Source of the DNA: Candidatus Collierbacteria bacterium GW2011_GWA2_42_17
GTDB lineage: Bacteria; Patescibacteriota; Microgenomatia; UBA1400; MFAQ01
Length of the DNA: 64,000 nucleotides
Direction: 5' to 3'
Assembly (NCBI GenBank): GCA_000998275.1
Contig: LCDA01000004.1
Span: 4,360 to 68,359, forward strand
In this document: positions 28,622 through 37,784 of the stretch, in pieces
Numbering within the stretch: position 1 is the first letter of the stretch
Layout of the letters: each line of letters starts with the position of its first letter
The notes under the pieces: generated by a model
Databases searched by the model: none
What the model was told of the DNA's origin: nothing
Seen by the model: only the letters and a program-made list of their open reading frames with translations
Program-made: the position numbers and the translations under genes

Positions 28622-29538
28622 AAAAATATTTCCTCCGTTTTTTTCTCCCAAGAATCTTTTGGCAAGCGCGCAAGCAAACTATTAAAATTTAGTTCCTTAA
28701 AAAGATTTGCGGCTTTATTCTTATCGTAATTTGTCAACAAACAATCTTCCCAATTTATTTTCAGGGGAGCTTCCTTGTTTATCTCCGCTAATTTATAGCT
28801 CTGCTCCGCCATTTCCTTTTCTGCAATCAACATTTCCCTAACTCTCTTGCTGATCTTTTCGCTTTCGATGTTTTTGTATACTCCCTCCAGACTACCAAAA
28901 TCCTGTATCAACTTTGTTGCTGTTACTTTTCCAATTCCTTTTACTCCAGGAATGTTATCCGATGAATCTCCCATCAAACTTTTTAGATCGACAATATATT
29001 CTGGTTTAAATCCATATGTCTCCACCACTCTGTCCTCATCAAATACCACTGCCTGTGAAGCTTTATTTTGTAAAGGCAAATACACCACAATTTGTTTCTC
29101 TTTGATTAATTGAAGTGCATCCCTATCAGCCGTCACGATTACTACCTGAGTATCTTTTTCTTTTTTTTCATCAGTCGCCAATCTTGCCAGAGTTCCGATA
29201 ACATCATCGCCTTCATATCCTTCAATCCCAAACTGAGGAATATTCAAAACTGAAACTACTTCTTTGGTTCTCTCAATCTGAGTTGCCAAGTCTTCGTCCA
29301 TTGGTCCCCGATTAGCTTTGTACTCCACATATTCCATTTTTCGAAAGGTTGGTCCTTTTACGTCCCAAGCTACAGCCACGTGAGTTGGCCCCAATTTCTC
29401 CAGTATCGTAAGTAGCATTGCGGAAAATCCATACACCGCATTGATTAGTTCTCCTTTAGCTGTGGTCAGTGTAGGAGGAAAAGCATGATATGCCCGGTGT
29501 AAAAGCGAGTTACCATCAATTAATATCAATTTCCTCAT
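28618..29538 (-). CDS. Stand-alone 5'-3' exonuclease/flap endonuclease (PolA N-terminal domain)
   Basis: LIDGNSLLHRAYHA, YKANR, EGDDVIGT, GDSSDNIPGVKGIG; ends at 306 aa with no polymerase domain. Confidence 0.9.
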   Translation of the reverse strand: MRKLILIDGNSLLHRAYHAFPPTLTTAKGELINAVYGFSAMLLTILEKLGPTHVAVAWDVKGPTFRKMEYVEYKANRGPMDEDLATQIERTKEVVSVLNIPQFGIEGYEGDDVIGTLARLATDEKKEKDTQVVIVTADRDALQLIKEKQIVVYLPLQNKASQAVVFDEDRVVETYGFKPEYIVDLKSLMGDSSDNIPGVKGIGKVTATKLIQDFGSLEGVYKNIESEKISKRVREMLIAEKEMAEQSYKLAEINKEAPLKINWEDCLLTNYDKNKAANLFKELNFNSLLARLPKDSWEKKTEEIFL

Positions 29539-31400
29539 TTTTTTATCACAAAGACCGCTTTCGGTTTACCCACAAGTTTTTCAAATTCTTCTTGCTCCAA
29601 GGTCTCAACCTTCATTAGTCTGGCTACAATCTTATCCAAAACCTTTTTGTTGCCCGTCAGGACCCTTTCTGCGGTCTTCAAACCCTCATCTACTAGCTTC
29701 TTTATCTCGGCATCTACTTTTGCTTGAGTAGCCTCGGATAATCTAACGGACTCTCCGTAAGAATATCCCCAGTTATTCACCTCGGTCATCTGCCCCATGG
29801 CCACCGGACCCAGGTCACTCATTCCAAAGTCCACCACCATTCTTCGAGCCAGCATCGTTGCTCTTTCAATGTCACTGGCAGCCCCGGCAGTAAGTTCGTT
29901 GAAAATAAGTTGTTCAGCCGCTCTTCCTCCCAAAGACATCGCAATTTCATCTTTAAGTTCGGTTCTCGTTTGTTGATACTTATCCGTCTTTGGTCTACTC
30001 ATCGTAAATCCCAGTGCCATACCACGGGATACAATACTCAATCGATGGATAGGATCTGTTCCCGGCAAGAGGTGTCCGACAAGTGCATGGCCTGACTCGT
30101 GATATGCGGTCATTTTTCGCTCCAGTTCAGACTGCAATCTTTTTCGCTCAGGTCCCATCTTTACCTTCATTGCCGCCTCTTCAATATCTACCATCCAAAT
30201 TTCTTTTCTATCGTCCCTGGCCGCCAATATAGCCGCCTCATTGAGCATGTTTTCCAAGTCCGCTCCGGAAAAACCCACCGTTCTTTCTGCCACCTTATCC
30301 CAGTTCAGTTTCTTCGCAAATGGTTTTCCTTTTTTATGAATCTCAATGATCGACTTTCTTCCGGCAATGTCCGGCAAATCCAAGTTTACCCTTCGGTCAA
30401 ATCTACCCGGACGAACAAGAGCGGGATCCAGCACATCTGGTCTGTTTGTCGCCGCAATTACAATCACGTTATCGGTTTGGGTAAAACCATCCATCTCCAC
30501 CAAAATTTGATTCAGAGTTTGTTCACGTTCGTCATGACCACCCATACCCCCACCAACACCACGAGTTCTGCCAATAGCATCCACTTCGTCAATAAAAATG
30601 ATTGCCGGAGCCGCTTTTTTGGCCGTATCAAACAAATCACGTACCCGACTTGCACCTACTCCCACAAGCATCTCCATAAACTCCGATCCGGCCATAGAGA
30701 AAAAGGGTACTCCGGCCTCGCCGGCGACCGCTCTGGCCATTAAAGTCTTTCCCACTCCCGAAGGTCCGGTCAAAAGAACACCTTTTGGTGTTCTGGCACC
30801 TAGATCTCGATATTTTTTGGGATTTTTCAAAAAATCAACCACTTCTTCCAACTCTTTTTTGGCCTCATCTACACCGGCAACGTCTTTAAACTTTATATTT
30901 TGCTTACCTTTGGAGAACAATTTTGCCTTACTTTTTCCTATACCAAACATGTCGCCTCCCCCACCTTGTCTGCGCATCAGGAAAAACATCAGCAATCCAA
31001 ATCCTAAAATAGGAAATACCAAAGAAATAACACTCCAAAAAGCTTTACTAAAATCTTGGGAGGTTACAGTTACTTTTATCTTGCTCTCATCCACTCCGGC
31101 TTTTTGTAGCTGATCCATAAAGCTCGAACCCTCTTCTTTCCTCGAAACTCCAATTACTTGTTTTCCTGAAGCATCTGTTGGATAAATTAAAACCAATTCT
31201 TCTCCTCTAATTTCCACCGACTCTACTTTTTCTTGTTTAATCTCGGCAATTGCCGAAGATAAAGGCATCTCCACCATAACTCCGGTCGAACCCAAGAGGA
31301 ACTTTACAATATAAGGTACGAAAAGAAATAAAATCAAAAACCAAATTAATAGTCTCCGCAAATTTATATTTAGTTTGAACTCAACCTTTTTTGTTTCCAT
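29535..31400 (-). CDS. ftsH: ATP-dependent zinc metalloprotease FtsH
   Basis: Two TM segments, [25 protein letters not shown]. Confidence 0.97.
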   Translation of the reverse strand: METKKVEFKLNINLRRLLIWFLILFLFVPYIVKFLLGSTGVMVEMPLSSAIAEIKQEKVESVEIRGEELVLIYPTDASGKQVIGVSRKEEGSSFMDQLQKAGVDESKIKVTVTSQDFSKAFWSVISLVFPILGFGLLMFFLMRRQGGGGDMFGIGKSKAKLFSKGKQNIKFKDVAGVDEAKKELEEVVDFLKNPKKYRDLGARTPKGVLLTGPSGVGKTLMARAVAGEAGVPFFSMAGSEFMEMLVGVGASRVRDLFDTAKKAAPAIIFIDEVDAIGRTRGVGGGMGGHDEREQTLNQILVEMDGFTQTDNVIVIAATNRPDVLDPALVRPGRFDRRVNLDLPDIAGRKSIIEIHKKGKPFAKKLNWDKVAERTVGFSGADLENMLNEAAILAARDDRKEIWMVDIEEAAMKVKMGPERKRLQSELERKMTAYHESGHALVGHLLPGTDPIHRLSIVSRGMALGFTMSRPKTDKYQQTRTELKDEIAMSLGGRAAEQLIFNELTAGAASDIERATMLARRMVVDFGMSDLGPVAMGQMTEVNNWGYSYGESVRLSEATQAKVDAEIKKLVDEGLKTAERVLTGNKKVLDKIVARLMKVETLEQEEFEKLVGKPKAVFVIKK

Positions 31401-31413
31401 ATTTATTTGTCCT

Positions 31414-31749
31414 CTATCTTATCACCGTTCCAGGCACAACGTCATCACCCAAGAACATTAACTTGGGGCCATCTTCTCCATCAGCCATTATTACCATTCC
31501 CTGGCTTACCTCATCTCCCATTTTTTTTGGTTCCATATTAACAATTACAGGCAAAGTTTTACCCACCAGTTCCTCGGGCGTATACCATTTTCTAATTCCA
31601 CTGAAAAGCACTCTTTTCCCCAACTCCTCACCAAAATCAATCTCGTAACGAATTAATTTTTCACTCCAGTCGGGAGCACTTGCATCCACAACCTTTCCTG
31701 CCCTAATATCCAATTTTTCAAAATCTTCGTATTTAATTGGGTCTTTCAC
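31414..31749 (-). CDS. Stand-alone tRNA-binding OB-fold protein (Trbp111/CsaA/MetRS C-domain-like)
   Basis: IKYEDFEKLDIRAGKV, NMEPKKMG..SQGM. Confidence 0.88.
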   Translation of the reverse strand: MKDPIKYEDFEKLDIRAGKVVDASAPDWSEKLIRYEIDFGEELGKRVLFSGIRKWYTPEELVGKTLPVIVNMEPKKMGDEVSQGMVIMADGEDGPKLMFLGDDVVPGTVIR

Positions 31750-31759
31750 TCAATTCTTG

Positions 31760-32761
31760 CTAATTAACAATTCCCACCGTTTCATAGACTTCGTTTATCG
31801 TTGCCGAAGCTAATTTAATTGCTTTATTTGCTCCGTCTCTAAGAATTTTTTGTACTAACTCGGGGTTTCTTGTAAGCTCTTCTCTTTTTTTCTTGGCCGC
31901 TTCGAAATATCTTTGATGTGCCGCAAACAGTTTTTCTTTCACCTCCACATCTCCCACTCTGCCTTCTCGATATCTGTTCTTCAAATCTTCAACCTCTGCC
32001 TTGTCCTCATTAAATAAATCATGAAAAACAAATACTGGATTTCCTTCCACAGTACCCGGGTCTGTGGCTTTCAATCTGTTGGGATCTGTAAAACATCCCA
32101 TTATCTGTTTCTTAATTATTTCTTCATCTGCAAAAATCTCAATTACGTTTCCTAAGCTCTTACTCATTTTTCTTGTCCCGTCGGTTCCTATTATTTTGCC
32201 TGTCTCCGTAGAAATCATTGGCTCGGGTAGCACCAAAACTTCTTTTTTGTAGGCTTTGTTAAAACTATCTGCGATGTCTCTTGCAATCTCCACATGTTGT
32301 CTCTGGTCTTCTCCCACAGGCACGCCATCTGGTTTATAAAGTAAAATATCTGCTGCCATCAAGATAGGATAATTGAACAAACCCATATTGATTGACTCTT
32401 CGTTTTCACCCTTTTGCAGTTTGTCTTTAAAAGCATGCATTCTCTTCATGTGGGAATAAGTTACATAGTTTCCCAACACCACTGCCATTTGAGAGTGTTG
32501 TGGCACGTCAGACTGTCGGAAAAACACACACCTGTCAGGGTTCAAACCCAAAGCCAAATAATCCAAAACCACATTTTTTATATTTTCCTGTAGTGTTTCT
32601 TTATCTTTTACTGTTGTCAAAGCATGTAAATCGGCCACAAAATAATATGTCTCCATTTTTTCCTGAAGACCAATCTGATGCTTGATTGCCCCAAAATAGT
32701 TTCCTATGTGCAAGGAACTACCGCTGGGATTTATACCTGAAACAACTCTTTTATTCTCCAT
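31760..32761 (-). CDS. trpS: Tryptophanyl-tRNA synthetase
   Basis: SGINPSG, HIGNYFG, ADLHALT, YPILMAADIL, VPVGEDQ, KMSKS. Confidence 0.97.
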   Translation of the reverse strand: MENKRVVSGINPSGSSLHIGNYFGAIKHQIGLQEKMETYYFVADLHALTTVKDKETLQENIKNVVLDYLALGLNPDRCVFFRQSDVPQHSQMAVVLGNYVTYSHMKRMHAFKDKLQKGENEESINMGLFNYPILMAADILLYKPDGVPVGEDQRQHVEIARDIADSFNKAYKKEVLVLPEPMISTETGKIIGTDGTRKMSKSLGNVIEIFADEEIIKKQIMGCFTDPNRLKATDPGTVEGNPVFVFHDLFNEDKAEVEDLKNRYREGRVGDVEVKEKLFAAHQRYFEAAKKKREELTRNPELVQKILRDGANKAIKLASATINEVYETVGIVN

Positions 32762-32797
32762 GAACTCTATTGTACTAAACCTAGATGCTTTTAAAAG

Positions 32798-32874
32798 TAG
32801 CGGGGGCGGGAGTCGAACCCGCGAATTCTCCGGTTTATGAATCCGGCGCTTTGAACCAACTAAGCTACCCCGCC
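32798..32874 (-). tRNA. tRNA with CAU anticodon, probably elongator tRNA-Met
   Basis: GGCGGGG-TA-GCTT-AGTTGGTTCA-AAGC-G-CCGGA-TT[CAT]AA-ACCGG-AGAATTC-GCGGG-TTCGACT-CCCGC-CCCCGCT-A. CCA is not encoded. An extended -10 (TGATAAAAT) lies just upstream. Confidence 0.9.
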
Positions 32875-32881
32875 AAACATG

Positions 32882-33430
32882 CTATATTTTATCACTTAAC
32901 TGAGCTCTAGCCACACCCGCAATCCACCCTCTCATTTTTCTTAGGATATTAATGCTTTTTCTTACTCTTATCCTCAATACTCCAAAATATCTATCATTAT
33001 TTAAATAAACCCGATTTTGCTTCGATTTCTGATAAAACGGCTTCACAAATTGGTCGATACCAACACCTAAGCTATCCGACCAATGTTGTTCCATTTCTTT
33101 AATTTTGTCAGAATACTTAATATTCGCTGTTACTCTAAAACTTAACCTATCATTCCTAATATCCAAACATTCCTTAAGCCAAGCTAAATACAATTTAGCC
33201 ATATTTTCGTCCATCGTTGCCAATCCTAATGAACTTTCGTCTTTATGTTTAAAACCTTCAGCCCAATATAAAGATACCCCAATTAAAAATAACTCTCTTT
33301 TAGTCAGTTTTCCTACTTCGATTACTCCCTTGTCAAAAGTTTCACTCTCAAACATCAACCTCATTTTTGTCCTTTCAGTCTGATATTTCCTTCTCCCGGA
33401 CTGAAGTTTTTCGAATAATTCCTTGGTCAC
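32882..33430 (-). CDS. Free-standing LAGLIDADG-like endonuclease-fold protein (LYWAEG family)
   Basis: Helix LIGVSLYWAEG resembles LAGLIDADG; later ATMD and FGVLRIRV motifs; AT-rich; sits between two tRNA genes. Confidence 0.6.
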   Translation of the reverse strand: MTKELFEKLQSGRRKYQTERTKMRLMFESETFDKGVIEVGKLTKRELFLIGVSLYWAEGFKHKDESSLGLATMDENMAKLYLAWLKECLDIRNDRLSFRVTANIKYSDKIKEMEQHWSDSLGVGIDQFVKPFYQKSKQNRVYLNNDRYFGVLRIRVRKSINILRKMRGWIAGVARAQLSDKI

Positions 33431-33457
33431 AATTCATTTACCCATACATTACCCGAA

Positions 33458-33486
33458 TTGTCAATTAGGCTCATTCGTGCTAAAAT
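33458..33486 (+). promoter_or_regulatory. Promoter of the intron-containing tRNA
   Basis: TTGTCA (33458-33463)-17 nt-TAAAAT (33481-33486), with an extended TG. Confidence 0.6.
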
Positions 33487-33503
33487 ACCCATGTTCGTTA
33501 ATT

Positions 33504-33761
33504 TGCGGGTGGAAGGTGAGTATCTTGCGAGGCTCAAATGGGCCGTTCAATGAGTAATTATTGAATAGAACTTGGCTATATCGGTGAAATCCTAGTGAAG
33601 GACAACGCCGAGGGAAGTCTCCGTCTATGACGGATGACCCCGTAGAGACTAAACGCCGAGCTCCTAGTTTAATAGGATGATGACATAGTCCGACACTCTG
33701 AGCAATCAGAGAAACAGTGCATAATCTCGCTTAACTGGGGAGCGTGACCCCAGACCCGCAA
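33504..33761 (+). tRNA. Non-canonical initiator-type tRNA(CAU) split by a group I intron (exons 33504-33534 and 33720-33761)
   Basis: Spliced 73-nt sequence: TGCGGGT-GG-AAGG-TGAGTA-TCTT-G-CGAGG-CT^[CAT]AA-TCTCG-CTTAA-CTGGGG-AGCGTGA-CCCCAG-ACCCGCA-A. All four stems pair. Confidence 0.8.
33535..33719 (+). ncRNA. Group I self-splicing intron, IC3-like, 185 nt, no internal ORF
   Basis: P1 GGCU^C-AAAU-GGGCC with U.G at the splice site; P2 GUUCAAUGA-GUAA-UUAUUGAAU; P3 CUUGGC/GCCGAG; P4 UCGGUG/CGCCGA; P6a UCCGUC/GACGGA; P7 region GUAGAGACUA and GACAUAGUCC; P8 UCCUA/UAGGA; P9 CUCUGA-GCAA-UCAGAG; terminal omega-G at 33719. Confidence 0.92.
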
Positions 33762-33763
33762 CA

Positions 33764-34141
33764 CTATTTTAGAAGTGACCACCACTTCTCCCAGTTTTCT
33801 ACCTGTTTTTCTTCTTCTGTAGCCTCCTTTATAGCCAGGAGATCCCCTTTTGGTAATACCGCCACCACTTCTCCTATTTTTTGCATGTTCAGCTGTTCTC
33901 TAATAATCTTCTCTTTATATTCATCGGTCATCACCAGACTAAGTTTATCCTTTAGCATTTGATTCTTTGCTTCCTCCTCAACCAAACGAGTCTTCGCCTC
34001 ATCAATTCGAACATAACCCTTTTTTAACTGCCAAAGGTCTTTTGCTAAAGAAAAAATAAGTATCCAGGCAATAACTAAAATTATGCCTTTAATCCAGCCA
34101 TTTTTATCAGTTTTCTTGTTTCCTCTGTTTAAAGCTTGCAT
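33764..34141 (-). CDS. Septum formation initiator (FtsB/DivIC-like)
   Basis: TM segment plus coiled coil, then EKIIREQLNMQKIGEVV. Confidence 0.8.
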   Translation of the reverse strand: MQALNRGNKKTDKNGWIKGIILVIAWILIFSLAKDLWQLKKGYVRIDEAKTRLVEEEAKNQMLKDKLSLVMTDEYKEKIIREQLNMQKIGEVVAVLPKGDLLAIKEATEEEKQVENWEKWWSLLK

Positions 34142-34193
34142 TTTTAGAACCTAGAGTGTTATAATAAGTGCCATAAATAACTCAGTACCAATT

Positions 34194-35069
34194 ATGGAAC
34201 AAATCGACCAAAACATCAAACAAGCAATCGCTACTTTCAAAAGCCATCTGGCTTCTCAAGGTAGAGCTTCTGCTACCATTTTAGCTTACTCAAAAGATAT
34301 TGAGCAGCTTGCTAATTTTGTCGCCAAATCTAACAAGAACAACCTTTCCGAGGTTACCAAGGAAGATATTGATGCTTTTAAAGACAGTCTTTCAGCCACA
34401 AACTACACTACCAAGTCAATCTCTCGTAAGATTAACTCCATTAAATCCTTCTTTTCATACATCGTCGCCAATGGTGCTATCTCCGAAAACCCAGCCACAA
34501 ACGTCACTCATCCCAAATACGATATCAAACCTCCTCGTATCTTAAACAAAATCGAGTATCGTGCACTTCGAGATGCTTGCCGGGAAGACTCCAGAATGGC
34601 TGCCATCGTCGAGCTCTTGCTTCAAACTGGTATGCGTATTTCCGAACTAGCCAACCTTAAAATTACCGATTTGGACTTTACTGGTAACCAAATTACCATT
34701 CGTGCCTACGAATCTCATCCTGAACGTGTCGTTCCTCTAAACCAACCGGTTAAAGAATCCCTCACCCGCTATTTGGAAACTCGTCCAAAAAGTGGTAACA
34801 CCTTTGTCTTCATCACCAAGACTGGCAACGCCTTCTTGATCAGAAACATCCGTTCCAATCTCGATCGATATTTCCACCTCGCTGGTATTGAGAACGCCAA
34901 GGTCAACGACTTAAGACATACTTTTATTGCCCAGCAACTTACCTCTGGTAGTCCCCTGGTCTACATCAGTAAACTCGTCGGTCACAAAAGACTTTCTACC
35001 ACCGAAAAGTATCTTGAGTTTATTTCCGAGAAGCCTGCCAAGGATAAACCAAAACTAATAGACCTTTAA
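34194..35069 (+). CDS. XerC/XerD-like tyrosine recombinase
   Basis: N-terminal SAM domain (TILAYSKDI, SISRKINSIKSFF), TGMRISEL, DLRHTF, LVGH..LSTTEKY. Confidence 0.9.
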   Translation: MEQIDQNIKQAIATFKSHLASQGRASATILAYSKDIEQLANFVAKSNKNNLSEVTKEDIDAFKDSLSATNYTTKSISRKINSIKSFFSYIVANGAISENPATNVTHPKYDIKPPRILNKIEYRALRDACREDSRMAAIVELLLQTGMRISELANLKITDLDFTGNQITIRAYESHPERVVPLNQPVKESLTRYLETRPKSGNTFVFITKTGNAFLIRNIRSNLDRYFHLAGIENAKVNDLRHTFIAQQLTSGSPLVYISKLVGHKRLSTTEKYLEFISEKPAKDKPKLIDL

Positions 35070-35094
35070 AAGTCTCTTTAGTCAATTAAAGAAG

Positions 35095-35442
35095 CTAGTC
35101 CTTGTTGACTAGCTTTTTTAATGCTTCCAAAGTAGTCTGCGACAAGAATCCTAGTACCTCCCCCATCTTTTCCATTGAACCTACGGCCAAAGCCAACCAA
35201 CCCGATGTCGACTTTCTGGTATCTTCCACTATCAAAAAGGCATTTCTTACTCCAGAGACTTCCAGCTGTTCACCCGTTACTTCATCTTCCACGTAAATTG
35301 TTACCGGATTACCGCTCTTCCCCAGATTCATATTACCGGTAATTACCATCTCCTGTGACCACGGCGAGTTTGAAGTTGTATCGTTTAACTCTTCATCGGG
35401 CTGTGCTAGTCTGAGAATCTTATCTATCGGCCCAATCTGCAA
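35095..35442 (-). CDS. Hypothetical protein
   Basis: 115-aa ORF downstream of the ATPase; start site uncertain. Confidence 0.5.
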   Translation of the reverse strand: MQIGPIDKILRLAQPDEELNDTTSNSPWSQEMVITGNMNLGKSGNPVTIYVEDEVTGEQLEVSGVRNAFLIVEDTRKSTSGWLALAVGSMEKMGEVLGFLSQTTLEALKKLVNKD

Positions 35443-35459
35443 TATTCTACCATTTCAGG

Positions 35460-37784
35460 CTAAAGTTTACTTCTGTTCTCTATTTCCTCGTCCACTTCAT
35501 TGACATCTCTACCATACTTCAATCTGGATAGTTCCTTAATCATTCTCGACACTTCAGGGCTCCCTTGAGCCTTTTCTGCTTTGATATCTCTTTCTACATT
35601 CATTGAAAAAGAAGGAACTGGGGTTTCGTTCACAATTGTTTTAGTGTAGATTACCCGAGCAGGAACATTGGTCAAATCCGTTTCATTAAAGGTTGGTTCA
35701 AACTCTTTGGCTAGAATTGCCGCGTCCTGCATACCTACACGATAAGACATTAAAGTACCCACGTTTCCAAATATTGCGTCCCTAACCTGTTCATCCAACT
35801 GGCTGACAAACTGATTAGCCAAAGTTAAAGACACTCCATATTTACGCACCTCGGAAAGCATCTGGGCAAAGTCCGGTGTGGCAAAGTTCTGAAACTCATC
35901 CACGTAAAGATTAAAGGGTCTTCTCTGCTCCTTGGGCATGTCCTGTCTAGATAGTGCTGCCGCCAAAATTTTCGGGATTAAAACCAATCCCAAAAAGTTC
36001 GAGTCCTCTTCTCCTAAAAGACCTTTAGCCAGTTTTAGGAAAACAATTTTTCCCGTATCCATTGCTTCCCGGAAATTGAGAGTACTCTTCGACTGACCAA
36101 TAATATTACGAATCATTTTATTAGTCACAAATCGACCAAACTTTGAAGAAATATAGTCCAGAGTCTCACTCTTATGGAAGTCCGAAGTCTGAGCAATCTG
36201 ATCAGTCCAATAACGTCTCACGATAGGATCTTTAACTAGAGGTAGTATTTCTTGGACATATTTTGAATCAGTTAACACTCTGTTCACTTCAATGAATGTT
36301 GCTCCGGGAACCACCGCCACGGTCAACATCGCGTTTCTTACAGCATGCTCAAACCGAGCCCCCACCATACCGGTTCGGTGTGGGTCATAAAGCTTGTACA
36401 TCAAATTAATTATTGAAGAAGCCACTTGGTACATTTCATCGTAGTTTTTGACTTCCAGTAGGTTAAAACCTAGTGGTCGATCTTTATCCGACGGGTCAAA
36501 AAAGATCACATCCTCGGCCCTCTCTGGTGGTACCAGCTCCATTAGTTCTTCAATACCCTCACCATGTGGTTCCAAGAAACACAGACCCTTCCCCGCTCTC
36601 ATATCTTGAATAATCATCGACTTCAAAAGTTCAGTCTTTCCAGTACCGGTTCTTCCAATAATGTACATGTGACGCATTCGATCTTTTTCACCCATATAGA
36701 TATTTCGTTCCTGGCCTCGATATATCGATCGACCCAGCCACAACCCCGAATCAGGAAATCCTCCCGTCGCTGGAGATGCTTTAGCCGTCAACCAAAAAAT
36801 ATGTGGTGTGTCAATTGTTTTATTTGGTAGATGCCAAATTGATGCCACCTCTTCAGATGACAACACCGAGTTGTTGCCCCACATGTTTTGATATCGATAA
36901 AGAAAATCCATCATAAACATCTGTTTCAAGCGAATTTTTCGACTCGAAAAACCATTTTGACTCCCGGAAAACTGCGAAAAGGTACTCTTCAAATTAGACA
37001 AGTTTGCCTTTGCCACCCCCTCATTTGGAGCTACACTGATCATTCTCACACTCGTCAAAAAACCTACCTTGCTACACTTATTAGTGATTGCTTCCATCTC
37101 CTGCGGGTTCATCTTAAACTTGGCTTTCTCCGGGTTGGCTTCATCTTTTTTCAGTTTGGCCACATAACTCTCACCAAACTTACTCCAAGAAGACTCGGCC
37201 GGTGACACAATTATTTGGATTGCTACCGCCTCGTTGTCAGAAAACTTAGCCATCGAAGCCGTAATTGCCGCCAAAGAATCAACTGGCAGTTCTTTATACG
37301 ATTTGATTGGTTTAAAACTTGGGTTTTTTAATGCCAGCTCAGTAAAAGCCACCGCTGCATCTTTATAAAAAATATTGTATTCGTCTACCTGTTTCACTTG
37401 AACTCCGGAGTATGTTCCGGCAATAGTCTTTTCAACAAGCTCCACATTGTCACGATGACACGATACATAAAAACGAATATCTTCTTTCTTTCCCACGATT
37501 TCCAAAGACAAGTGCTGCTGTGGTTTATACTTCTGCCAAAAACCTCCCCTTTTCAAAGAAAACAGTGAAGAAAACATTTGTTCAACAGCGTCCACCTTTA
37601 CCTCATTATCCTTTGGTACCGCAATTTCCATCAATACAAAATTCAAACTCACCTCTTCTCTGTTTTTATTTCTAAGCCAAACAACAAAAAACATCCAGCT
37701 GATGATTAAAGCTCCAATCACCAAAATCAGCCCCAGAAGAACTACTACTCCGTATTGAATCAAGTTGCCGTAGTTATTAATCAT
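35460..37784 (-). CDS. Membrane-anchored TraD/TrwB/VirD4-like (FtsK/HerA superfamily) ATPase
   Basis: N-terminal TM segment; Walker A RHMYIIGRTGTGKT; EPHG; Walker B LYVDEFQNF; EVRKYG; ANQFVSQL; AIFGNVGT. Confidence 0.88.
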   Translation of the reverse strand: MINNYGNLIQYGVVVLLGLILVIGALIISWMFFVVWLRNKNREEVSLNFVLMEIAVPKDNEVKVDAVEQMFSSLFSLKRGGFWQKYKPQQHLSLEIVGKKEDIRFYVSCHRDNVELVEKTIAGTYSGVQVKQVDEYNIFYKDAAVAFTELALKNPSFKPIKSYKELPVDSLAAITASMAKFSDNEAVAIQIIVSPAESSWSKFGESYVAKLKKDEANPEKAKFKMNPQEMEAITNKCSKVGFLTSVRMISVAPNEGVAKANLSNLKSTFSQFSGSQNGFSSRKIRLKQMFMMDFLYRYQNMWGNNSVLSSEEVASIWHLPNKTIDTPHIFWLTAKASPATGGFPDSGLWLGRSIYRGQERNIYMGEKDRMRHMYIIGRTGTGKTELLKSMIIQDMRAGKGLCFLEPHGEGIEELMELVPPERAEDVIFFDPSDKDRPLGFNLLEVKNYDEMYQVASSIINLMYKLYDPHRTGMVGARFEHAVRNAMLTVAVVPGATFIEVNRVLTDSKYVQEILPLVKDPIVRRYWTDQIAQTSDFHKSETLDYISSKFGRFVTNKMIRNIIGQSKSTLNFREAMDTGKIVFLKLAKGLLGEEDSNFLGLVLIPKILAAALSRQDMPKEQRRPFNLYVDEFQNFATPDFAQMLSEVRKYGVSLTLANQFVSQLDEQVRDAIFGNVGTLMSYRVGMQDAAILAKEFEPTFNETDLTNVPARVIYTKTIVNETPVPSFSMNVERDIKAEKAQGSPEVSRMIKELSRLKYGRDVNEVDEEIENRSKL

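Noticed and set aside
28618-29538. Frameshifted or truncated polA pseudogene
   Set aside because: The domain is complete, its stop overlaps the next gene's ATG and no polymerase remnant follows; stand-alone 5'-3' exonucleases are known.
33504-33761. tRNA-Sec, suggested by the 13-bp acceptor+T branch
   Set aside because: The anticodon is CAU, there is no long variable arm, the discriminator is A, and the acceptor stem matches initiator tRNA.
33504-37784. tRNA, tyrosine recombinase and VirD4-like ATPase as an integrative conjugative element
   Set aside because: No att direct repeat, relaxase or other T4SS genes seen; an ftsB-like gene lies between the tRNA and the recombinase, which looks like a housekeeping Xer.
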